Translations under genes and position numbers: made by a program
Assembly: GCA_964356375.1 (NCBI GenBank)
Contig: CAYHGT010000002.1
Span: forward strand, 7,056 to 71,055
Direction of reading: 5' to 3'
DNA: 64,000 bases
Source of the DNA: an uncultured Candidatus Saccharibacteria bacterium
GTDB lineage: Bacteria > Patescibacteriota > Minisyncoccia > UBA6257 > GWB1-50-10
Notes under the pieces: model-generated
The model's input: the letters and a program-made list of their open reading frames with translations, nothing else
Databases searched by the model: none
Told to the model about the DNA's origin: nothing
Part shown: piece by piece, positions 26,511 to 35,517 of the stretch
Layout of the letters: the number at the start of each line of letters is the position of its first letter
How positions within the stretch are numbered: the first letter of the stretch is position 1

Positions 26511-26678
26511 ATGGAAGAAAATAAAGAAACGAAAAATAATACGCCGTGCATGGCATGCGAATGTCCATGCGAAGTGCACACCGAGCATACGCATGGCGAT
26601 AAGCCAGGCAAAATCTGTGTCGGTTGCGGACACAAGAAGGTGAATGAGAAGATGTGTGAGAATTGCCCCAAAAAGTAA
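26511..26678 (+). CDS. unannotated small Cys-rich protein (55 aa, 10 Cys)
   Basis: Translated manually: MEENKETKNNTPCMACECPCEVHTEHTHGDKPGKICVGCGHKKVNEKMCENCPKK. It is below the 60-aa ORF-track cutoff. Lies 24 nt after the DoxX stop. A hairpin ATGCCGTA...TACGGCAT follows. Confidence 0.35.
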   Translation: MEENKETKNNTPCMACECPCEVHTEHTHGDKPGKICVGCGHKKVNEKMCENCPKK

Positions 26679-26749
26679 CACTAATGCCGTATAGGGCCGA
26701 TTGGTCAGCCGACTTTTAAAGTACGGCATAATGAGGCATACTTAAAATT

Positions 26750-28090
26750 ATGCAAGTTATAGAGCCAAAATTACCAGGTGGATTCAGGGATTATCTCCCC
26801 GAAGATATGATACCGCGTCAAAAGATGTTTGATGCAATACGTGAAACATTTGAGCGGTTTGGCTTTGTGCCCCTTGATACACCAGGCGTGGAAAGGACGG
26901 AAATCTTAACTGGTGGCGACGAACATTTTAAGAAACAGATTTATGGCGTGGTATCCGAGGGTGGCGACGAAAACGAGCTATCGCTTCGGTTTGATTTAAC
27001 TGTGCCACTTGCGCGCGTGATGGCCGCAAACTCGGGTACGCTCAAAAAACCGTTCAAGCGATATCAGATGGGCAAGGTCTGGCGCGGTGAGCGCCAGCAG
27101 GCAGGGCGATATCGGGAGTTTGTACAGTGCGATGCGGATATCGTTGGCTCCTCGCGCGCATCTGCCGATGCAGAAATTATTGCACTTATGTATGCGACAA
27201 TGAAAGCGCTCGGTTTTTCTAATTTTCTTATTCGTGTAAACAATAGAAAAATCTTAAACGGGCTTGCGCCATGTGCGGGATTTGAAGAATGGAAAATAGA
27301 ACCCGTGTTGCGTTCGCTTGATAAACTTGGTAAACAATCGTGGGACGATGTTGCAGAAGAACTCGCAGATGAAAAGTGTGCGTATCTTAGCGTCAAGCAA
27401 ATTGAGATTATCGGAAAATTTTTGAAAATTAAAAGCAAAAATTACAAAAAAACACTCGAAGAGGCGACCGAGCTTATGCGAGGTATTGCCATTGCAGAAG
27501 AGGGCATACAAGAGCTCACCGAGGTGGCAAAGTATCTTGAATGGCTTGGCGTGCCGGAGAGTGCGTGGACGATAGATTTCTCCGTCGCACGAGGCCTTGG
27601 ATATTACACAGGAACAATATTTGAAACCACACTCACAGACCTTCCGCAGATTGGTAGCGTGTTTTCGGGTGGGCGCTATGACAATTTAATTTCGCGTTTT
27701 GGAAGCACTATAATTCCTGCGGTTGGCACATCTATCGGCATTGACCGCCTTTTTGCAGCAATGGAACAGCTGAAACTTGTAAAACAAGAAAAGACGGTTA
27801 CGGAAGTTCTATTCTTGAATTTTGATGAGGCGAGTGAGAGCGATGTTATTAAAAATGTTTCTCTGTTGCGTACCGAGGGAATTAACACGGAATTCTATGT
27901 AGGAAACGAAGAAAATTTGAAGGGTCAGCTTGCGTATGCCGTGAATACGGAGATTCCAATTATAGTAATTATAGGCGCAATTGAGACCGCAAAATCGGTA
28001 GCACTCATAAAAGATATGAAGGCAAGAACGCAAGAAGAAGTGAAACAAAAGAAATTAGCAGAGAGGATAAAAGAAATTCTCAAGAAATAA
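26750..28090 (+). CDS. hisS: histidyl-tRNA synthetase
   Basis: Class II HisRS (GFRDYLPED, motif 2 region, GGRYDNL, the GxxxGxDR pattern in AVGTSIGIDRL). Confidence 0.85.
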   Translation: MQVIEPKLPGGFRDYLPEDMIPRQKMFDAIRETFERFGFVPLDTPGVERTEILTGGDEHFKKQIYGVVSEGGDENELSLRFDLTVPLARVMAANSGTLKKPFKRYQMGKVWRGERQQAGRYREFVQCDADIVGSSRASADAEIIALMYATMKALGFSNFLIRVNNRKILNGLAPCAGFEEWKIEPVLRSLDKLGKQSWDDVAEELADEKCAYLSVKQIEIIGKFLKIKSKNYKKTLEEATELMRGIAIAEEGIQELTEVAKYLEWLGVPESAWTIDFSVARGLGYYTGTIFETTLTDLPQIGSVFSGGRYDNLISRFGSTIIPAVGTSIGIDRLFAAMEQLKLVKQEKTVTEVLFLNFDEASESDVIKNVSLLRTEGINTEFYVGNEENLKGQLAYAVNTEIPIIVIIGAIETAKSVALIKDMKARTQEEVKQKKLAERIKEILKK

Positions 28091-28096
28091 GCGCCG

Positions 28097-28122
28097 AACC
28101 CCGTCACAAGATGGGGTTTTCT
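28097..28122 (+). terminator. rho-independent terminator
   Basis: AACCCCGTCACAAGATGGGGTTTT. Confidence 0.65.
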
Positions 28123-28138
28123 CAATTGATATTTTCTA

Positions 28139-29116
28139 ATGGTAAAAGGATTCTGGAAAACAATTAAAAAACCGATTTTTGTACTTGCGCCTATGGCGGA
28201 CGTTACGGACGCGGCATTTAGGCATATTATTGCAAAATATGGCAAACCAGATGTGCTGTGGACGGAATTTGTTGCGTGTGATGGCTTATGTTCGGATAAG
28301 GGTCGCAAACGATTACTTATTGATTTGAAGTTTGATAAATCCGAACGCCCAATTATCGCGCAACTATTCAGCAGTCGCCCCGACCATATGGAAGAGTGCG
28401 CGCGACTTATTGAAAAGTTGGGTTTTGACGGACTGGACATAAATATGGGATGTCCCGACAAGACAATAGAAAAACAGGGTGCGGGTGCGGTGCTCATCAA
28501 AAACCCTAAACTTGCCGCAGAACTTATTGCAGCAGCAAAGCGTGGCGCGGGCGATATGCCAGTGTCTGTAAAAACTCGGATTGGTTATAACACAAATATT
28601 TTGGAGAGCTGGTTGCCAATTCTTTTGGAAGCAGAACCCGCAGCCATCACAATTCATGCGCGCACACGCAAAGAAATGTCAAAAGTAAATGCGAATTGGG
28701 ACACAATTGGCGAGGCGGTCAGTATCGCGAGAAAATACGATTCATCACCTTCACGAACGCTCATCTTGGGTAACGGCGACGTGCAAGATATTAAGGATGC
28801 GGAAGAGAAAGTAAAGAAATATGGCGTGGACGGTGTGATGCTGGGGCGCGCCATATTCGGCAATCCGTGGCTTTTTAGTCGCAAATATGAAGGAAAAGAA
28901 ATTCCGATTAAAGAACGACTCGTGGTTATGGTTGAACACACGAAACTTTTTGAAAAAATGTATAAAGGCGTAAAGAGATTTGATGTGATGAAGAAACATT
29001 ATAAAGCATACGCATCGGAATTTGATGGCGCAAAAGAGCTTCGTGTTGAGCTTATGGCAACGAAAACTACAAAGGACGTGGAACAAATTGTGAAAAAGTT
29101 TCTCAAATCGCAATAA
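28139..29116 (+). CDS. tRNA-dihydrouridine synthase
   Basis: Dus family (VLAPMADVTDAAFR, catalytic Cys in INMGCP, TIM-barrel FMN-binding). Confidence 0.8.
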   Translation: MVKGFWKTIKKPIFVLAPMADVTDAAFRHIIAKYGKPDVLWTEFVACDGLCSDKGRKRLLIDLKFDKSERPIIAQLFSSRPDHMEECARLIEKLGFDGLDINMGCPDKTIEKQGAGAVLIKNPKLAAELIAAAKRGAGDMPVSVKTRIGYNTNILESWLPILLEAEPAAITIHARTRKEMSKVNANWDTIGEAVSIARKYDSSPSRTLILGNGDVQDIKDAEEKVKKYGVDGVMLGRAIFGNPWLFSRKYEGKEIPIKERLVVMVEHTKLFEKMYKGVKRFDVMKKHYKAYASEFDGAKELRVELMATKTTKDVEQIVKKFLKSQ

Positions 29117-29135
29117 TAGGGGTATTATAGAGACG

Positions 29136-29828
29136 ATGCGAATTCAGAAATACATGTCGGAGCGAAAGATCTTGTCCCGTAGAGAAACGGAGGATTTTAT
29201 GTTAAAGGGCTTCATTACCGTAAATGGCAAGGTGGTAAAGGAGCTTGGGACCCAGATTGACCCCCTAAAAGACAAAATAGAGATTATCCAATCAGCAAGG
29301 CCAGCGCTTGGAAAGAAAATAACCATTGCGTTCAATAAACCGCGTGGCATTGTCTCCTCAAAAATTAAGGAAGAGGGACCCACGGTATTTGATTTGCTTC
29401 CTGAATTTACTTATTTGAATACTGTTGGTCGGCTTGATAAGGAAAGCGAAGGTCTATTGCTTCTCTCTAACGATGGCGCGATTACCTCAACAGTTACAGG
29501 AACCGATCATCTCATTGAAAAAGAGTATGAGGTGACAGTAAGCGAACCGCTAACCCCCGGAAAGCTCAAAAGAATTGAGGGCGGTATTATGCTCACCGAA
29601 GGGATGACCTTGCCCGCAAAAACAAAAATGATTGGCCCCCATATTTTTAAAATAATTTTACGGGAAGGGAAAAAACATCAGATACGCAGAATGTGCGCAG
29701 CAGTCTATCTCACTATTACCAATTTGAAACGAATTAGAATCGGAAATATTACCTTGAAAGATATTAAGCAGGGAAAATATCGACAGCTTACCGACGCCGA
29801 GGTCGCCACATTAAAAATAAAGGTTTAA
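29136..29828 (+). CDS. pseudouridine synthase, RsuA/RluB family, with an N-terminal S4 domain
   Basis: S4-like N-terminus (RIQKYMSERKILSRRE), catalytic Asp in GRLDKESEGLLLLSNDG, and KxxQIRRM. Confidence 0.75.
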   Translation: MRIQKYMSERKILSRRETEDFMLKGFITVNGKVVKELGTQIDPLKDKIEIIQSARPALGKKITIAFNKPRGIVSSKIKEEGPTVFDLLPEFTYLNTVGRLDKESEGLLLLSNDGAITSTVTGTDHLIEKEYEVTVSEPLTPGKLKRIEGGIMLTEGMTLPAKTKMIGPHIFKIILREGKKHQIRRMCAAVYLTITNLKRIRIGNITLKDIKQGKYRQLTDAEVATLKIKV

Positions 29829-29869
29829 TACAAAAATTCTGTTTAACGGTGGAGTTTTTATTGCACGAG

Positions 29870-30079
29870 TTATGCCTTAGGCATTTCGCACATCTTGCAG
29901 GTTCCCTTGTGAGTGAAAATCTGCACAAGCGCTGAGAGACCGACGAGGACATAGATAATTCTTGAAACGGAGGCCATCTGACCGCCGAAAAGCATACCGA
30001 TGTCCCATCCTACCAAGCCGACCAAAAGCCAGTTCAATCCACCGATGACCAAAAGAATAAATGAAATTTTGTGTAACAT
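29870..30079 (-). CDS. DUF378-family small membrane protein
   Basis: IGGLNWLLVGLVGWDI matches the DUF378 (YuzA-like) signature. Two TM segments, 69 aa. Confidence 0.5.
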   Translation of the reverse strand: MLHKISFILLVIGGLNWLLVGLVGWDIGMLFGGQMASVSRIIYVLVGLSALVQIFTHKGTCKMCEMPKA

Positions 30080-30228
30080 AGTTATAAATAAATTATGTGT
30101 ACGACCTTTACACCATTATATCATTCACATAATTCAAATCGCTCCTTGTGGCCAAAAACAAACAATTTGACCACACGTACAAATGGGGCTATCGTGGAAA
30201 CAGCACTCTAACACGCTGAAAGGGGCCG

Positions 30229-30779
30229 ATATGAGCGATAATAAACGACTGGTAAAATGGATTGGTTCCATCACAGAAGAGGGGTTTGATCGTGTGCTTG
30301 GGGAAATTCTCAAATTTCAAAATGAGGCTCCCAAAGAACTGATTGAAATGTATCTTTGTAGCGACGGTGGAAGCACCGACGTTGGGCTCGCGTTTTACGA
30401 TGCAATACAGCACTACAAGCCACGACTCGTGATAGTTGGTAGTGGAGCCGTGGGTTCTATAGCGCCAATCATCTTGGCTGCGGGAGAGATTCGCGTTCTT
30501 ACGGAGCACACTTCGCTTTATTTTCACAATTTCCGCATTACAAACCTCGGAGCGGAAGGCCCGCTTGAACGCAAGGTGTTGCTTGCATCCGCAAAGGACA
30601 TCGAAATGCAAATGGCAATGTACCGCGAGATACTTGTCACGCGATCAATGGGAAAGCTCACGCGGCGCAAACTCTGGACCTTGATGGAATGCAACTCTTT
30701 CATTTCGGTGAAGAAAGCAATCGCGCTTGGTTTTGCCGATTTCATGGCTGATAAAAGCGAATTTAAATTAGGAAAATAA
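30229..30779 (+). CDS. ClpP/crotonase-fold S14-like peptidase homologue (orphan, no clpX nearby)
   Basis: CSDGGSTDVGLAFYDAIQ resembles the ClpP NSPGGSVTAGLAIYDTMQ block. Candidate Ser in GSGAVGSIAP and His in YFHNF. Start placed at the ATG at 30229; the tracked ORF starts at 30183. Confidence 0.45.
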
Positions 30780-30783
30780 TTCA

Positions 30784-30815
30784 CACCCCCGCCTACTGCG
30801 GGGGATTTTATTTTA
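30784..30815 (+). terminator. rho-independent terminator
   Basis: CCCCCGC-ctact-GCGGGGG followed by ATTTTATTTT. Confidence 0.75.
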
Positions 30816-30876
30816 TTGAAACGATATCAAAAAGAAATATTTGCTATATTCTGTCAATGTGTTATGATAGTCGCCG

Positions 30877-32241
30877 ATGACAAATGATGAGAGAGGATTT
30901 GAAGGACTTGGGATTGCCCCTGGAATTCTTGGAATCTTAGCAAAACTTAAATTTACGAAACCTACACCCATTCAGGAGCAGGCTATTCCGACTGCAATGG
31001 AAGGCAAGGATGTGATGGGTGTCGCGCAAACTGGAACCGGAAAGACACTTGCGTTTGGAATACCAATGATTCAGCGCATCTTAAAAGGAGGTGGGCTTGG
31101 ATTAATTGTTGTACCAACGCGCGAACTGGCTATTCAGGTTGCTGAAGCGTTAAACACGGTAGGCCTTCAATTGGGTGTAAAAACAACGGTTATTATTGGT
31201 GGTGAACCTATGCAACGCCAGCTTCGTTCCCTTGCACGAAGACCTGATATTGTTATTGGAACCCCCGGAAGATTAATTGACCATATGGATCAGAAAACAG
31301 TCAATTTGAGCAAGGTTACCATGCTCGTATTGGATGAGGCGGACAGAATGCTTGATATGGGATTTGCCCCGCAACTGAAGCAAATCATTATGGCAATTCC
31401 CGAAGAGCGTCAGACAATGCTTTTTTCGGCAACTATGCCCGAGGAAATCGTGTCTATTGCGCGCGCATATATGAAATTGCCGATTCGTATTGAGGTGGCG
31501 CGCTCGGGCAGTACCGCGAAGGACGTTACACAGGAATTGTTTATTGTAGTGCAAGAAGACAAGGCGCGACTTTTAGAAAAATTATTGCAGGAATATAACG
31601 GGTCAGTACTCATATTTTCTCGTACCAAGCATAATGCAAAAAGAATCGCCGCAACCGTTCGCTTTTTAGGACACGCTGCAGCAGAAATTCATTCAAATCG
31701 TTCACTTGGTCAGCGACGCGAAGCATTGGAAGGATTTAAAACAGGAAGATTTCGCGTGCTTGTGGCAACAGATATCGCTGCGCGTGGTATTGATGTAAAT
31801 AATATTGAGGTGGTTATTAACTACGACCTTCCTGAAAATGCGGAGGATTATGTGCACCGTATTGGCCGCACCGCCCGCGCAGGTGTAAGTGGACACGCAA
31901 TCTCATTTGCGCGCCCAAACCAACGCGAGGACATTCGTTCCATTGAGCGACTTATTCGTTCTACATTGCCAATTTCAAAACTGCCAGAATTGCCACAGGC
32001 ATTGCCCGCAATAAGAACTGGTATTCCTCCTGAGCGACCAGAAAGACGGCAACTCTCTCGCGGATTTCCACATATGAATCGTGATCGCGCACACCGTCCG
32101 GGCTCATCTGGTCGTTCAACACGTCCGCCTTTTGCATCACACGCTCCACGCGCAACGAGCACGGGAAGTACAACACCGGAAAGAAAAACTCCACGTTTCA
32201 GAAATCGTGGAAGTAGCGTAAGACGATTTCATGGAAGATAA
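30877..32241 (+). CDS. DEAD-box ATP-dependent RNA helicase with an Arg/Ser-rich C-terminal tail
   Basis: Q-motif region, motif I AQTGTGKT, PTRELA, DEAD (LVLDEAD), SAT, and HRIGRTAR. Confidence 0.85.
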   Translation: MTNDERGFEGLGIAPGILGILAKLKFTKPTPIQEQAIPTAMEGKDVMGVAQTGTGKTLAFGIPMIQRILKGGGLGLIVVPTRELAIQVAEALNTVGLQLGVKTTVIIGGEPMQRQLRSLARRPDIVIGTPGRLIDHMDQKTVNLSKVTMLVLDEADRMLDMGFAPQLKQIIMAIPEERQTMLFSATMPEEIVSIARAYMKLPIRIEVARSGSTAKDVTQELFIVVQEDKARLLEKLLQEYNGSVLIFSRTKHNAKRIAATVRFLGHAAAEIHSNRSLGQRREALEGFKTGRFRVLVATDIAARGIDVNNIEVVINYDLPENAEDYVHRIGRTARAGVSGHAISFARPNQREDIRSIERLIRSTLPISKLPELPQALPAIRTGIPPERPERRQLSRGFPHMNRDRAHRPGSSGRSTRPPFASHAPRATSTGSTTPERKTPRFRNRGSSVRRFHGR

Positions 32242-32244
32242 TAA

Positions 32245-32280
32245 AAAAATAACACCCAACTTATGTCGGGTGTTATTTTT
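32245..32280. terminator. bidirectional terminator between convergent genes
   Basis: AATAACACCC-aacttatgtc-GGGTGTTATT flanked by A-runs and T-runs. Overlaps the ABC-F stop codon. Confidence 0.65.
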
Positions 32281-33724
32281 CAAGATTAAATATCTCGTCA
32301 ATACGAATCTGCTCAATGAATTCGGGGACATGGCTTACCAATATCATCGCGCCATCATATTTATTGAGCGCTGCAGCAATAATAGGAATATGGCGAAAAT
32401 TAATGTGGTTTGTCGGCTCATCAAGAATTAAAAGTCCCGGCCTAAGAAGCACAAGTTGTGCGAACGCCACAAGTCCCTTCTGACCCTCTGAAAGTGAACC
32501 AATCTTTTTTCGCATCATTTCTTCATCAATTAGGAATCCTGCGGCCGCCGAACGAAGCTGTTCTTCGCCAATTTGCTCGGAAACTGATGCGAGTGAATTA
32601 TAAACAGTGTCATCAAAGTTCAGTGTTGAAAAATCCTGTCGGTAATACCCAACGCGAACGCCCTCCGCAATCGTAGAGCCCTTGTTATCTTTGTGTGTAA
32701 GCGCCTCAAGAAGCGTACTTTTTCCAATGCCGTTCATTCCGGTAAGAAGGAGGTGCTGATTTTTCTTCAATGATATTTTTACCTTTTTGACCGTTGGTTT
32801 GTGGTCCTTAAATATTGAGACCGATGAAATATTCATAATCTCTCCAATAAAATCGGGTTGCGAGGGGATTATAAATTGGCGGATTGTCTTATCTTCCTTT
32901 CTTACATCAACTTTTGCTTCCTCCATTTCTTCCACTTTCTCACGCATCTTTTTTGCTACCAATCTCATCTGACCACCCTTGTGCGCAAAAAAGTTAACCT
33001 TGTCTTTATTCGCCTGGATTTCTTTCTCAAGCAAGGCATTTTTCCTATTTTCCTTTTCTATACGCAACGCAATCTCAGCAACCACATCTTTGTAGTTACC
33101 GACATATTGTTCAACTTTGCGTGTAAAAATATCCAAATAAAGCACGCCATGCGTAAATGCATTCAAAAAGTCCGCGTCGTGCGAAATAACAATGCATGTC
33201 TTCTTATAATCAATAAGGAACTGGGTAAGGTGAGCAATGCCCGCCTTATCAAGGTTATTAGTCGGCTCATCGAGCAAGAGCAAGTCCGGTTTCTGAATCA
33301 AAGCCGAAGCAAGCAAAAGGCGCGCTTGCTGACCACCGGAAAACGAACCAACCACTCTGTCGTGCGGGGCGTTCAAGTTTACCACCTCAAGTACCTCGTC
33401 AATGCGTGGGTCAATATCATATATTTTCGTATCAAAACACTTTTCAAAAAATTCACGAATAGTGAGTTGCATTTGGTCTCGTGGAATAACCTGAAGCGCA
33501 ATTGCAATAGAAAGATTATCGGCAATGTGAATGCCACCCGATTCTGGTGTTAATACTCCAGTAATAAGTTGAAATATTGTGCTCTTTCCAGCTCCATTCT
33601 GACCCATAAGGGTGACCTTCGTACCCTCACGTACCGAAAAATCCACCTCCTGTAAGATGGGGGAACGATGTCCAAATTCAAAAGAAACTTTATCAAATCG
33701 TAATATAATTTCGTTGCGTGCCAT
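32273..33724 (-). CDS. ABC-F family ATPase (two tandem ABC domains, no TM; EttA/Uup-like translation factor)
   Basis: Two Walker A motifs (GQNGAGKST; GMNGIGKST), two ABC signatures (LSGGQ: FSGGQQARLLLA; LSEGQKGLVAFA) and two Walker B motifs (LLLDEPTN). Start probably the ATG at 33724; an alternative in-frame ATG at 33763 cannot be excluded. Confidence 0.8.
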   Translation of the reverse strand: MARNEIILRFDKVSFEFGHRSPILQEVDFSVREGTKVTLMGQNGAGKSTIFQLITGVLTPESGGIHIADNLSIAIALQVIPRDQMQLTIREFFEKCFDTKIYDIDPRIDEVLEVVNLNAPHDRVVGSFSGGQQARLLLASALIQKPDLLLLDEPTNNLDKAGIAHLTQFLIDYKKTCIVISHDADFLNAFTHGVLYLDIFTRKVEQYVGNYKDVVAEIALRIEKENRKNALLEKEIQANKDKVNFFAHKGGQMRLVAKKMREKVEEMEEAKVDVRKEDKTIRQFIIPSQPDFIGEIMNISSVSIFKDHKPTVKKVKISLKKNQHLLLTGMNGIGKSTLLEALTHKDNKGSTIAEGVRVGYYRQDFSTLNFDDTVYNSLASVSEQIGEEQLRSAAAGFLIDEEMMRKKIGSLSEGQKGLVAFAQLVLLRPGLLILDEPTNHINFRHIPIIAAALNKYDGAMILVSHVPEFIEQIRIDEIFNLEK

Positions 33725-33758
33725 TGGTATGCGGGTTTTACGTCCGGACGTCAATAAT

Positions 33759-33797
33759 GACAAATATTTTTGTCCTTGTCAATCCATCTATTGACAA
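33759..33797. promoter_or_regulatory. operator-like inverted-repeat array in a divergent promoter region
   Basis: GACAAA-tatt-TTTGTC, then TTGTCAAT-ccatct-ATTGACAA, a perfect 8-6-8 palindrome at 33776-33797. A 10-bp palindrome CGTCCGGACG sits at 33741-33750. Confidence 0.5.
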
Positions 33798-33848
33798 AAC
33801 ATAGTAACTATGCGATATTTACGGTTGCACATTTGCAGAGGAGAAAAC

Positions 33849-34103
33849 ATGAACAACGCCGCCCTTTCCTTAAGGGAAGAGTTAATGCAATTTCTTACCG
33901 AGCAAGGATTCAAGGCAACAGGAAATGCAGAAAATGAATACATCATTAATGTGTTCGAAAACGGAGAACCTTTTGGAGCTCTGGACATTTCCGATCCGGT
34001 CCTTCTTAGGTTCAAGGCGAATCAATCGGTAAGCCTTGGAACGGCGAGTGTGCTCGTAATGAAGATTGTTGGCATACTCAAAAAGTCTGTAAGCCTTGCC
34101 TAA
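33849..34103 (+). CDS. hypothetical small protein
   Basis: RBS GGAGAAAAC before the ATG at 33849; the tracked ORF starts at 33810. 85 aa, no known motif. Confidence 0.35.
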   Translation: MNNAALSLREELMQFLTEQGFKATGNAENEYIINVFENGEPFGALDISDPVLLRFKANQSVSLGTASVLVMKIVGILKKSVSLA

Positions 34104-34117
34104 GGCTCAACCTCTCA

Positions 34118-34143
34118 TGCCGCGCAATTGCGCGGTTTTTTTG
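34118..34143 (+). terminator. rho-independent terminator
   Basis: CCGCGCAATTGCGCGG perfect palindrome followed by TTTTTTT. Confidence 0.7.
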
Positions 34144-34151
34144 TTCTCAAT

Positions 34152-34754
34152 CTAGCGTGTTGGATATGCGGTTTCCAACCGTCCACGCACATCTTTTGTT
34201 GTGCAATTCAGCGGATTCCATAGTCCCAACTTATTGTTACGTGCATATTCCTCCGCTATCTTATATTCAGCGCGATATTTATAATATGCGTCGTAGGTAT
34301 ATTCAAATGCATATCCTTCTTGAATCATCACTTTTTCCACATCAGTTCCATCTTCAAGAAATACGAACCTCAAAAGACGCCCGTATTTATCCTTATCTCC
34401 TTGCGTTGCATCCGCCGCAAGCCGAACCGGCTTTCCCAAAACAAGCTCGTTCATCTTTTGCGATGCTTCTTTGCCAAAACACTGCACTGGTTTTTTGGGG
34501 TCAACAGTCTCTGGGCTATCCATTCCAATAAGGCGAATGGTGTCTGTAGTATTATTAACGCTAATTTTGATAGTATCGCCATCAACTACTCGCAACACAG
34601 GAATGAACGCGCTGATTGTTGGGTGGGGTATTGCTGTTTCAATTTTTGGTTCGGATATCTGATTCGTATCTTGAGTGATTAAAAATAAAACAAAAATGCC
34701 CGCCATACCCGTGGCTATAGTAATAAGAAAAATAAATGGTAATTTCGTGCGCAT
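34152..34754 (-). CDS. membrane-anchored secreted thermonuclease (SNase-like)
   Basis: VVDGDTIKI...IRLIGMDSPE... matches the staphylococcal nuclease family active-site pattern. N-terminal TM. Start placed at the ATG at 34754, because the upstream ORF portion overlaps a terminator hairpin. Confidence 0.7.
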   Translation of the reverse strand: MRTKLPFIFLITIATGMAGIFVLFLITQDTNQISEPKIETAIPHPTISAFIPVLRVVDGDTIKISVNNTTDTIRLIGMDSPETVDPKKPVQCFGKEASQKMNELVLGKPVRLAADATQGDKDKYGRLLRFVFLEDGTDVEKVMIQEGYAFEYTYDAYYKYRAEYKIAEEYARNNKLGLWNPLNCTTKDVRGRLETAYPTR

Positions 34755-34777
34755 TGTATAAATATAGTCGTTAAAAA

Positions 34778-34806
34778 ATGGGGGCGTATATGCCCCCATT
34801 ACTCAT
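34778..34806 (-). terminator. terminator for the upstream minus-strand kinase gene
   Basis: On the minus strand: GGGGGCATATACGCCCCC followed by ATTTTTTAA. Confidence 0.6.
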
Positions 34807-35415
34807 TTATCTGACATCAATCTTGGACATTTTGTTAAGTATCTTTGAGGTTACTTCATCTTCTTCAAGCGACCCGTCAACCGCAATCCAGTTCGGTAAC
34901 ATTGTCGCAAGATGCTCTAAAATATCGGACTGCGTTTTCAAAAATACCCGAGGAAGCACATCAAAGCGAGAACGTTTGTGCCGGTTAAGAATTCGCTTGA
35001 GTGCTACGTCAACGGGCACATCAAGAAGAATAGAAACGGCTGGAATTTGATGCGCATTGGCACGATCATGCAAACGCTCCAGGGTTTGAATGCTGAGACG
35101 CGTGTTTATATGGTTGTAACTGAGAAATGAACCTCGGCCCCCATCCCGAAATATTATATTGTTAGGAAGCCTATCTTCCAAAGAAATAATCTGAGAATGT
35201 AGTTCTGCTTCTTTCGCAAGAAATAAGAACATCTCGGTAATCCTATCTCTTGGTGTATTCGAACAAAGTATAGAATCAACAGTAGTTCCCATTTTTGTCA
35301 TATCGGGTTCGTTCACTATTGTCACGGAATATCCGACATTCTCCAGTATGGGTTTTAGCAACTCGCATTGAGTTGTTTTACCGGAACCACTAATGCCCTC
35401 AAATTCAATAAACAT
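34807..35415 (-). CDS. P-loop nucleotide kinase, thymidylate kinase-like
   Basis: FIEFEGISGSGKTTQ resembles the dTMP-kinase P-loop (IxxEGxDGSGKST). Strong RBS AAAGGAGGGG before the ATG at 35415. 202 aa. Confidence 0.5.
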   Translation of the reverse strand: MFIEFEGISGSGKTTQCELLKPILENVGYSVTIVNEPDMTKMGTTVDSILCSNTPRDRITEMFLFLAKEAELHSQIISLEDRLPNNIIFRDGGRGSFLSYNHINTRLSIQTLERLHDRANAHQIPAVSILLDVPVDVALKRILNRHKRSRFDVLPRVFLKTQSDILEHLATMLPNWIAVDGSLEEDEVTSKILNKMSKIDVR

Positions 35416-35517
35416 GGCCCCTCCTTTTTTATGTTCTGTGATAATAATGCGCTCGATTTTGAAGCGCGTCAAACAAACACCCCGCATAGCGCGGGGTGTT
35501 TTATCACAACCGATTTA

